Source: Heterodontus francisci
Lineage: Eukaryota
Assembly: GCF_036365525.1 (NCBI RefSeq)
Contig: NC_090399.1
Span: forward strand, 57,382,430-57,446,429
DNA length: 64,000 bases
Direction: 5' to 3'
Position 1 is the stretch's first letter. Every line of letters begins with the position of its first letter. Shown piece after piece: positions 25,301 to 37,300 of the stretch. The notes below the pieces were generated by a model. It worked only from the letters and a program-made list of their open reading frames with translations. It searched no databases and had not been told where the DNA came from. A program made the translations under genes and the position numbers.

Positions 25301-28300
25301 GTTTCCCAAGGGTCAGTTTTGGGTCCATTACTCTTGGCAACATTTATAAATGGCTTAGGCTTAGGTGTAGGGAACAGCATTATAAAGTTTGCAAATGATA
25401 AAACTTTTGGCAAAGTAGTATGGAGTAATGAGGATAGGATGAACATGGAGAGACAATATAGAATAAAGGGTACAATTCAGAAGGGGGGGCAGGAGCAGAG
25501 GGACCTATGTGTATATGTGCAAAAGTCATTGAAGGTGGCAGGACAGGTTGAAAGAGAGGTTAATAAAGCATACAGTATCCTGTGCTTTATTAGTAGGGGG
25601 GTAGAGTACAAGAGCAAGGAAGTTATGTTGAATTTATATAAGACACTAGTTTGGCCTCAGCTGGAGCATTGCATCCAGTTCTGGTGGCCGCACTTTAGGA
25701 AAGATGTGAAGGCATTGGAGAGATTACAGAAAGGATTCACGAGAATGGTTCCAGGGATGAAGAACTTCAGTTATGAAGATAGATTGGAGAAGTTAAGACT
25801 GTTTTCCTTGGAGAAGAGAAGGCTGAGAGGTGATTTGATAGAGGTATTCAAAATCATGAGGGGTCTGAACAGAGTAGAGAGAGAGAAACTGTTCCCACTC
25901 GTGAAAGGATCGAGAATGAGAGGGCACAGATTTCAAGTATTTGGTAAAGTTAAGCAAAAGTGACATGAGGAAAAGCTGTTTCATGCAGCGAGTGGTTATG
26001 GTTTAGAATGCACTGCCTGAGAACGTGGTGGAGGCAGGTTCAATTGAAGCATTCAAAAGGGAATTAGACAGTTATATGACAAGGAAGAATGTGCAGGGTT
26101 ACAGGGAGAAGGCAGCTGAATGGAACTGAGGAAATTGCTCTTTCAGAGAGCCAGTGTAGACAAGATGGACCGAATGGCCTTCTCCTGCACGGTAACGATT
26201 CTGTGATTCAATCATTCTAGGCTTCAGGGTGACAGGATGGTGAAATGGACAAAGACATGGCAGGTGAAGTTCAATGTAGGGAAGTGTGAAGTGATGCACT
26301 TTGGAAGGACTAATGTTGAAAGAATGTAGATGATATTTTGAAAAGTGTAGATGAATAAAGAGACCTTGGTTTCCATATGCACAAATCCTTAAAGATGGCA
26401 CAGCAAGTTGATAAGGTGGTTGTAAAAGTATATGGGTTACATGGATTTATAAATCGAGGTACAGAATATAAAAGTAAAGAGATCATGCTAGAACTTTATA
26501 AATCACTGGTTAGGCCTCGGTTGGAGTATTGTGGACAATTCCGGCCACCACACTTCCGAAAAGATGTAAAGGCCTTAGAAAGGGCACAGAGGAGGTTTAT
26601 CAGGATGTTAACAGAGATAACAGACTATAGTTATGAGGAGAGGTTGGAAAAGTTAGGACTGTTCCCCTTGGAATAGAGAAGGTTAAGAGGTGACCTAATA
26701 GATTTTTTTCAAGATGATGAGCAGTTTTGCTAAGGTAGAGAGAGGAAAGTTATTCCCTCCGGTGAGTGGGTCAATAACCAGAGGTTATAGATTTAAAATC
26801 ATTGGTAAAAGATAGAGAGGGGAAATGAGGATTTTATTTTACTCAGCTGTCGGGATCTGGAATGTTCTACCTGAAAAGAAGTGGAAGCTGATTCCAGAAA
26901 CAATTTTAAACAGGGTGTTGTACAGATATTTGAGGATGATGAGCTGACACATTTAGGGACAAAAAGCAGACACATGGGACTAAGAATGACTACTCATCCC
27001 AAGAGCCAGCATAGGCTCGATGGGCCAAATGGCCTCCTACTGTGCTGTAGGGTTCTATGATTCAATGACACGAAGTTCCAACAAAATAAAACACTGCAGA
27101 TGCTGGAAATCTGAAATAAAAACACAACATTCTAGAAATACTCAGCAGGTCAGGCAGCATCTATGATGTGAGCAACAGAGTTAATGTTTCAGGTCAATAC
27201 CACTTTGTCAGAATGGAGGTCACTGATCTGAAAGGTTAACACTATTGCTCTCTGTACAGATGCTACCTGACCTGCTGAGTATTTCCAACATTGTCTGTTT
27301 TTATTGTATTATTCTAAATGTCCTACCCTTTCCTTATTCACATTTGCAGTATGACCGCAATGATTTTTAAAGGGCCACATGGGCCTTTTGCTTCTGACAT
27401 AATTGTAAAAGCTTTGTGTTAATCTTGATACCCTCATAAATGTCTGTTGATATTTCTGCTCTTACTGTATGTTCTTTCGCTCTCTCCCAGTCCACTCGAT
27501 CTATACTATGCTTTGCTTTATCCTTTAGTTTTAGGTTACCTTTCACTTCTTCTCAAGTAGACCTCTCGGCCCTTCTCGTTTCTGTATTAAGCTAAATTCT
27601 TTTCTGAACACCTCCCACTGTTCATCTGTAGTTTTACCCAATAACAGTTTTGTTCAGTTTGCGGTCATCAGTCTCTGTCTCATCCTATTAAAAGTTAGCC
27701 TTACCAAATTCGAGGATCTTCATAACAGTATTATGTTTTTCCTTTTCAAACATGTCAGGCTCGCAGTTAAGTAAATGTTCCCTTACCGTTAGATTAACTA
27801 TGTCTGGCTCACTACTAGATCTAGTGTGGCCTGCCTGTTTGTTGGTTCCAGAAAACTATGTTGAATGCAGTCAAGAAATTCACAAGCTTTCTGACTTGAG
27901 CTACTCTGTTCTTCCCAATCTATATGGGAATTAAAGTCTCCCATTAAAACATCTCTTCATTGACTACAAGTCTCTTTGATCTCTGAATTAACAGCTATGC
28001 AGTGGAAGAATGTATTATCAGGATGCCTGTAGCCAACTCCCATTACAATTCTTATCACAGTCTCCATTGATTGCTTTCACTTACCTCGATCCTCTCTTGT
28101 TAATGTTGTAACAATCTGGGACAAACTTAATGTCAGGTGGAAAAACATGGGTTAATAAATTGAAAGCGAGCACAGAATTGTCAAAGGCAAACTTGTCAAA
28201 CTTGATCAAGTTCTCTGATGAATAGACGGACAGTGTTGATGAGGGTAGTGTGCTGTATGTTGTGTGTATGGGCTTTCAGAAGGCATTTGATAAAGTGCCA

Positions 28301-31300
28301 CAAAATAGACTTACTAGTAAAATTGAAGCCAATGGGATTAGAGGGACAGTGTCAGAGTGGATATGGAATTGGATCAGGGACAGAAATCAGAGAGGAATGG
28401 TGAATGATTATTTTTCAGACTGGAAGGAAGTAGAAAGTGAAGGATTGGTATGAGGATCACATCTCTTTTTGATATATATTAATGATCTAGACTTGGGTAT
28501 AAGGGCATAAATTCAAGGTGTGCAATGACACAAAACTCAGAAATGCAGTAACCAATGAAGAGGATTAGAACAGATTTCAGGAGGACATAGACAGACTGGT
28601 GAAATGGGCAGACATGTGACAAATGCAGTTTAATGCAGAGAAGTGTTAGGTGATTGATTTTGGAAGGCAGAATGAGGAGAGGTGATTCTAAACAGTCACT
28701 GTTCCTCTTACCCCAGTCTAGGATCTCCATTCCTTCTTTTTCGCTTTGCTCATATTGACAGGAATAGTTGGCACCATTCTCAGGTGCGATCTGAACCCAT
28801 CTCCTGAGCTGGTAGGTGCCATCGTGGTTGGGTAGGATGCCAGTGGAACGTGTGTCTGCAATCGGTGCGCCATTTCTCAAGAGGGTGACTTCGATATCGC
28901 GAGGGTAAAATCCTGTGACGAGGCAGCAGAGTTGTGTCGGTTTAGCAGCTGATGCCTTGTCCGCGGAAAGAAACACTTGAGGAGCAACTGAGAGTAAAAC
29001 AGATCAGAGGCAGGTCAGTGTGAGAGACAGGGAATGGCAAATATTCCTTTAAATTGGGGATTAGACCCCTGACCCCAGGGAAAGGTACATACCCCTTTAA
29101 ACTGGGGTTTAGACACCCTGACTCCAGGTAACAGTACGTACCCCTTTAAACTGGGGTTTAGACCACCGACTCTCAGTCACCTCTTCTGACTCACCGACTC
29201 TCAGTCCCCCCTTTACTCACCAACACTCAGTCCCTTCCCCCTCAATCACCGACTCTCAGTCCCCCCTCACTCACCAACTCTCAGTCCCCCCTCACTCAGA
29301 GTCTCAGACCCCCTCACTCAGAGTCTCAGTCCCCCCTCACTCAGAGTCTCAGTCCCCCCCTCACTCGCTGAGTCTCAGTCCCACCTTACTCGCTGACTTT
29401 CAGTCCCCCCTCACTCGCTGACTCTCAGTCCCCCCCCCCTCACTAACTGACTCTCAGACCCCCCTCACTCACTGACTCTCAGTCCCACCTCATTCACTGA
29501 CTCTCCCCCCTCCCCCCACCCCCACCCACTCACTCACCGTGTCTCAGTTCCTTTTCTCCAAGTTTCAGGTACTTCTTCAGCCATTTGATGCAGGTCCCCT
29601 CCAGGTAACCCTTCCTCTGCTGGTTCCTGGCCTTGTCCTGGTCCCACTTGTTCTTGGTAATCAGTCCCCAGCTTACCGGTGTTACCCACACCATGTTATC
29701 CTTATCAAAGCTGATGTAATCCCGCCCGTCCCAGCCTTCCTGATGGAACCCGCTGGTGCTCCCGTCATCCTGCAGCTCACAGCCATACATCACCTGTACT
29801 GTGTGGATCCCTGTCAATCAAACACACACAGCCAATCAGAGCCAAATAACAGAGAGCCAACAGTTCTGACTGCCTTCCACAACTATCAGTGAAACACACA
29901 CAGCCAAACAGATCCAGGAGCAGAGTGAAGGGGAGGTGGGGGAAAGCCGGGAATGATTGGGAGTTGGTAAAGAGCTGGTCCTGTCTTTCAGCCCCACAAC
30001 AAAGTGCATCACTCCACCCAATTCCCGGCTTCTGTTTACTATATAGTGGAGAGACCATTACGGTTGGAGCGTATGAAACAAAAATTGTGTTTGGAAAATA
30101 TGTTTGAGATTTTTGAAGAAGTAACTGATAAGATGAATAAGGAGTACCAATGGATGTAGTGTATTTGAATTTTCAAAAAGCATTCAATGAGGTGCCATCC
30201 AAGAGCTTTTTTCCACTAAATTAGGACTCAAGGCTTTGAGGATTAGTTAAAGGACAGAAAACAGAGAGTAGGAATAAACGGGTCATCTCCGGGATGGCAG
30301 GCTGTAATGAGTTGGGTACCACAGGGATCAGTACTTGGGTCTCAGCTATTTAGGCCCAAGACACAAAAAGTTCCACAGAGGGATAGGGCAGGTTGAGTGA
30401 GTAGGCAAGAACATGTCAGATGAAATACAATGTGGTAGGGTGGCCATTTGGTCTGCATCCATTACTTTGGAAATGTCCAGCCTCTCGTCTTCATTGGCTA
30501 ATATCAGTGTCATTTAAAATCAGAATTCTATTGGTCCTGTGAGTACCCGCAAAGATCCTATTGGACCTAACCATGTGCCTGTCTTTTAGACGCCCGAACG
30601 CTATATCTGTTGCTTGTACTGTGATGAAAGTGGAGCCATTGTCTTCTTCATCAAAATGCTCAAGCAAAAGACATTGTTCAACGCAGTATGGTCAAAAGAA
30701 AGTGATTTCATAGCAAAAAAAAAATCAGGAAGGGAGAGGATCAAACACTCTGCATTTTGTACCAAGGTGATACCAATGTCAGCCACCAAGGAAAGGGAGA
30801 TGTGGATCAACACATTTTGTTGGAAAAACACAAAGTGAGCACCCAATTTGCAAGTACATCATCATTGAGGTCTTTTTTTCAAATCATCTGCATCACCTCA
30901 AAACAATAAAGTAACTGCTGCTGAACTACAAATGTCTGCCACTCGGTGAAGAATCACCAGTCTTATAGAAATATCGACTGCAGTACAAGGTGACAAAGAA
31001 ATCTCCTTCATACCAAGAGACCTGACATGTGGGGAAACAAAGGCAAAAACACTGAGCGAGAAGCTTCATGCAGAAGTACTTGGATTGCATTAAAGCAGAT
31101 GATCTTTTTATTTTCTTTGGCAATTGATGCGTCAAACAAGGGTGAAACAAAATGTTTCCCCTTCGGTTTGGGATATTTTAATTTCGAGAAGGGGATCCCG
31201 CATTTACTGTTGGATTTTTATACTGATAGCCAGGAAACCTGGGAAGCAATCGCAACAGAAAAATGATCCAAACTCAGTGCCTTTGATCTCATCCCATGAA

Positions 31301-34300
31301 GACTTTCCGTGTATTCGGCTGACAACACAAGTGTTAATTCTGAAAAGCACAACAGTATTTACCAAGAAGTAAAAGGCTCTCAAACGGACATAGTTGCAGC
31401 CAACTGTTCGGCTCATATTTTGCATAATACAACAAGGTACATCATCTGAAACCTCGCTGTTGATACAAAAAACCATCATTCTCAAGGTATACGGTCACTT
31501 CCACACTTCTGCAATCAGAACAGAGCATTTAAGGGAGTTTTGTGACTTTGTTGGCGTGGAGGAGCGCAATCTGTTGAAGCACGTTGTGATCAGGTGGCTT
31601 TTTCTACTGCTGGCTATTGACAGATTGTGGAAATGCTGGAAAACTCGAACAAGATCATTTCAGAGTTTAGGTGAGCAAGAATGCCCCAAAATACGATGGA
31701 AATGCTTCAGGGATGAGGAGGTTGCTAATGACGTGGCTGAGCTTTACTTTCTCTTTCTCAGCATTGCTCAAACTATTCACTTTATCAAAGCTTTAGAGGT
31801 CAAGTCGTTCAGCATCCTCTTGGTGTATGAGCTGATTTAATTAAATTAAATCAATCAGATTAGAGAACATAGGAAATTGGAGCAAGAGTAGGCCATTCAG
31901 CCCCTTGAGCCTACTCCACCATTTAACTAGATCATGGCTGATTTTCTACCCTAAGGGCATCCTCCTGCACTATCCCCATACTCATTGATATCTTCAATAT
32001 CTAGAGAACTATCAATCTCTCTCTTGAACACACTCAATGACTGAGCCTCCACAGCCCGCTGGGTTAGAGAATTCCTAAGATTTACTACCCTCTGAGTGAA
32101 GAAATTCATCCTCATCTCAGTCCTAAATGGCCTAATCCTTAATCTGAGACTGTGGCCGCTGGTTCGAGACTCCCCAGCCAGGGGAAACCTCCATCCTGCA
32201 TCAACCTTGTCGAGACTTCGAAGAATTTTGTATGCTTCAGAGATCATTCTTCCAAACTCTAGTGCATCGAGGCCCAGTCTCCTCAATCTCTCCTCATAGG
32301 ACAATCCCACCATCCCAGGAATCAGTTTAGTGAACCTTTGTTGCACTCCCTCGATGGCAAGTATATCCTTCCAGAGGCAAGGAGACCAAAACTATACTCG
32401 ACACTCCAGGTACGGTCTCACCAAGGCTCTATAAAATTGCAGCAAGACATCTTTACTCCTGTACTCAAATCCTCTTGCAATATAGGCCAACATACCATTT
32501 GCCTTCCTAATTGCTTGCTGCACCTACAGTCATAGAGTTATACAGCACAGAAATAGGCCCTTTGGCCCATCGTGTTCGTACTGGCCATCAAGCACCTAAC
32601 TATTCTAATCCCATTTTCCAGCACTTGGCCCATCGCCTTGTATACTGTGGCGTTTTTTTTTAAACACCTGCATGTTACTTTTTAGTGACTGATGAACAAG
32701 GAGACCCAGGTCCCTTTGGGCATCAACACTTCCCATTCTCTCACCATTTAAGAAATACTCTGCATTTCTGTTTTTCCTACCAAAGTGGATCCACATTATA
32801 TTCCACCTGTCATGTTCTTGTCCATTCACTTAGCCTATCTAAATCCCCTTGAAGCCTCTTTGTATGCTCCTCACAACTCACATTGCCTCCTAGTTTTGTG
32901 TCATCAGCATAATTGGAAATATTACATTTGGTCCCTATATCCAAATCATTGATATAGATTGTGAATAGCTGGGATCCAAGCACTGATTCCTGCCATACAC
33001 CACTAGTCACAGCCTGCCAACCTGAAAATGGCCCATTTATTCCTACTCCATGTTTTCTGGTCATTAACCAATTCTCAGTCCATGCCAGTATATTACCCCC
33101 AATCCCATGTGCTCTAATTTTGCTTACTTACTCTTGTGTGGGACCTTATCGAATGCCTTCTGACAATCCAAATACACCACATCCTCCGGTTCCGCCTCAT
33201 CTATCCTGCTAATTATATCCTCAAAATATTCCAACAGGTTTGTCAAACATAATTTTCCTTTCATAAATCCATGGTGACTCTGCCCAATCCTACCATTATT
33301 TTCTAAGTGACCAGTTATCACATCCTTTATAATAGATTCTAGCATTTCCCCTACTAATGTCGGGCTAACATGTCTGTAGTTACCTATTTTCTCTCTCCCT
33401 CCTTTCTTAAATAGTGAGGTTACTTTTTCTACCTTCGATATGATAACTACAATTACACAGGGTATTGTTGAGGTCACACCTGGAATATTGTGTGCAGTTT
33501 AAGGAAAGAACGTACTTGCCCGAGATGGAGTATAACAAAGGTTCTCCAGACTGATTCCAGTTAATTGGCCTATAAGAAGAAATTGAGTATGGTAGACCTA
33601 TATTCCCTGGAATTTAGAAGAATGGGAAGTGATCTAATTGGAATATACAAGATTCTGAAGGGGCTTGACAGAGTAGACACTGAGAGGTTGATTCCCCTGT
33701 TCGGGGAATCTAGAATACGGGGTCACAGTCTCAGAATAAGGAGTTGGTCATTGTAGAATGAGTTGAAAAAAAAATGTCTTCATGCAGAAGGTTGTGAATC
33801 TTTGGAATTCTCCACCCTAAAGAACTGTGGATGCTCACTCATTGAGTAGATTCAAGACAAAGGTTGATAGATTTTTGGGTGCAAAGGGAATGAAGGGAGG
33901 GGAGGACGGTGCAGGAAGGTGGAATTGAGATAGAAGATCAGCCATGATCTTTTAAATGTTGGAAAAGGCTCAATAGTCTATTCCTGCTCCTATTTCTTAC
34001 GTTCTTTTGAGACACAGCAGGGGTAGGGGAACAGAGAGAGACGAGTTGGGGGAGTAGAGAGACACAGGGGGCTGAAATTTATAGTCCCGTCACCATAATC
34101 GGCGGTGGGCGAAAGCAGGGCGGGCTGCACATTGCACAGCCCCCGCGATATTAAGTGCGGCGGCTCATTTAAATAGCCGATTCGGACCGCCCACCACGAT
34201 GACATGGAGAGGGCGGCTGTCCGTCCCCGGCAACAGCGTCAGCTACCTTTGTGCAGGCGCTGAGGCCATTTTTAAAGGGCTTCCAACGCTAGATTTCAAT

Positions 34301-37300
34301 TTAAATATTTAAAGAGCGATTGATTTTTAAAAATTAAATAAATTGATCTTGCCCCTCTCCCACCAACCCCCCCCAATAACCATCGATTAAATTACCAGCC
34401 CTCTCCCCCTACAAAACAGTTACCTTGCGCACCTGACCTTCCCCCCACAATGTGCATCAACTTTACACTTCACCCCTTCCCCCCCATCCCCTGCACCAAT
34501 GAGATAACTGTGACCCAACTCCCTCCTCTCCACACAGAGAAACACACCTGCTCCGCCCTCTCCACCAGTGTTCCGCCTTTAATCCCTGGACGGGGATCCG
34601 AAGGTGTGGGATTGCCGGCCACTGACACAAATATCACACCAGGACAGACGGCGGGAGTGTAAAGGGAATTTCTTTGTTTATTTAAATTAATTTATGTATT
34701 TAAATTGGGCTCCCGACGCCAAGCGGTGGGAGTGCCGCCATGAGGCCTCGTCACCGCCGGCAATATCGGGCCGGGCCTTCCCGGCATCATGGTCTGTGGT
34801 GAGCCTGTCCCTCAGGCATTTTCCGGACTCCCCACATCACGACCCCTGATGTCAGGGGGTCTGTAAAATTCTCCCCAGGGGAACAGAAAGACATGAGGAG
34901 TGAAGAGAGAAAGAGAGAGAGAAAAACAGGGTGTGGGAAGAAGAGAAAAACTAGGGAGGGTGGGGGAACAGTTAGAAATGGGACGGGAAATAGATATGGA
35001 GGGGAATAGTGAGACACAGGAGCGGAATAGATCGAGAGACACAGGAGGGGAATAGATAGAGAGACACAGGAGGGGAATAGATAGAGAGACACAGGAGGGG
35101 AAAAGAGAGACACAGGAGGGGAAAAGAGAGACATGGGGAGGGTTCAGAGAGAGACGGTGGGGGGGGGGGGGTGGCGTGCGTGGTGGGATAGTGACACGGG
35201 AGTTGAGAAAAACCAGGGGAGTTGGGGGAATAGAAACATACATAGAAACATAGAAAATTGGAGCAGGAGTAGGACATTCGGCCCTTCGAGCCTTCTCCAC
35301 CATTCATTATGATCATAGCTGATCGCAGTGGTTAGCACCGCAGCCTCACAGCTCCAGCGACCTGGGTTCAATTCTGGGTACTGCCTGTGTGAAGTTTGCA
35401 AGTTCTCCCTGTGTCTGCGTGGGTTTTCTCCGGGTGCTCCGGTTTCCTCCCACAGCCAATAGACTTGCAGGTTGATAGGTAAATTGGCCATTATAAATTG
35501 CCCCTAGTATAGGTAGGTGGTAGGGAAATATAGAGACAGGTGGGGGATGTAGTAGAAATATGTATAGGATTAGTATAAATGGGTGGTTAATGGTCGGCAC
35601 AGACTTGGTGGGCCGAAGGGCCTGTTTCAGTGCTGTATATCTAAATCTAAATCTAAATCCAACTCAGTAACCTGGTCCCGCTTTCGCCCCATACCCTTTG
35701 ATCCCTTTAGACCCAAGAGCTATATCTAACTCCTTCTTGAAAACATACTATGTTTTGGCCTCAACTGCTTTCTGTGGTAGTGAATTCCACAGGCTCACCA
35801 TTCTCTGGGTGAAGAAAGTTCTCCACATCTCAGTCCTGAAAGGTTCAAGTCCTATTAGAATTTTATAGGTTTCTATGAGATTCTCCCTCACTCTTCTGAA
35901 CTCCAGCGAATATAATCCTTAGCGAATTAATCTTTCCTCATACCTCAGTCCCGCCATCCCAGGAATCAGTCTGTTAAACCTTCGCTGCACTCCCTCTATA
36001 GCAAGAACATCCTTCCTCAGATAAGGAGACCAAAACTGCTCACAATATTTCAGGTGTGGCCTCACCAAGGCCCTGTATAATTGCAACAAGACATCCCTGC
36101 TTCTGTACTCGAATCCTCTCACTATGAAGGCATGGAGTGTCAAATAGATATGTGGGGGGAATAGAGAGATATGGGAGGGAGGAATAGAGAGACATGGGGG
36201 TAGAATAAAGACAGATGGAGGAATAGAGAGACATGGGAGGGGATATAGAGAGTTACTGGGGTGAAAATAGAGCAGCAAAGGGGTGAAATACAGAGACACG
36301 GGGGGCATAGAGAGAGAGAGAGACGGATGGGTGTATAGAGAAACATTGTGGGGGAGGCAGTTGAGAGACTGGGGTCTAATAGAAAGACACCATAGTGGAA
36401 CAGAGAGACTTGGAGGGAATAGAGAGACATGATGGGGTTTGGGGGGGCGGGGGGGGGGGGAGGTGGAGGGGTTGGGGGTTGGGAATAGAGAGACACTGGG
36501 GTGGAGTAGAGAGGCACAGAGTGGTGTAGAGAGAGATGTGGGGGAGGAGGCAATTGAGAGATGGGGGTCCAATAGGGAGACACCTTGGTGGAAAAGAGAG
36601 ACTTGGAGGGGAATAGAGAGAGATGGGGGAATAGAGAGACACGGAGAGAGGAATAGAGAGACAGGGTGGTGGAATAGACAAATATGGGAGGGGGAAATAG
36701 ACACAACGGTGGGGAATAGAGAGACACAGTGAGGCTTGAATTTAGGAATATGAGACGGTAAATAGACATGAGGAAAATGTAGAGAGAAACAGTGGTGCGG
36801 GAATAGAGAGCATTGTGGGAGGGCAAGGTCTCACCACCCGTCTGGTTGGTCCGGTTTAAGGCGGTCTGAATATTGGTCTGTCCAATGTGCTCTGAGCTCC
36901 GCAGGATCTGTGTCTGCTGTTCCCAGTACTCAGGGCCCTGACTCTCCGCCATCCACTGCTGCCGAGAGATTACTTCCTGAAGATTGCTGTCGTAGTAATC
37001 AATCGTAGCATCGTCCACATAACCGACGGCCACAAACTCTGGCAGACCAGAAATCGGGGTCATTGCCGTGTAGAAATACCGGAGAGAGTGAGATCCTGAA
37101 ACACAGAAAGACATCAGGCATGAACCCCAAAACACCAACCCAACAGAGAGAAAGAGAGAGAGACATCAGGGCATGAACACTAAAACATCAACACCACAGA
37201 GAGAGAGAGAGAGAGAGAGAGAGACATCAGGGCATCAACCCCAAATCACCAACCCCACAGAGCGAGTGAGACATCAGAGCATGAACCCCAAAACACAAAC

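Larger units (their letters stand above)
34880..36815. repeat. Degenerate purine-rich tandem repeat (ggaatagagagac-like) next to the alpha1 donor, interrupted by CR1 and SINE
   Basis: Direct inspection of 34880-35235 and 36140-36815. Confidence 0.8.

Noticed and set aside
28479-28976. 165-aa ORF extending past alpha3
   Set aside because: Beyond the donor at 28711 it is antisense CR1
36140-37138. 332-aa ORF as a single-exon protein
   Set aside because: Only 37095-36835 is the alpha1 exon; the flanks are low-complexity intron read-through
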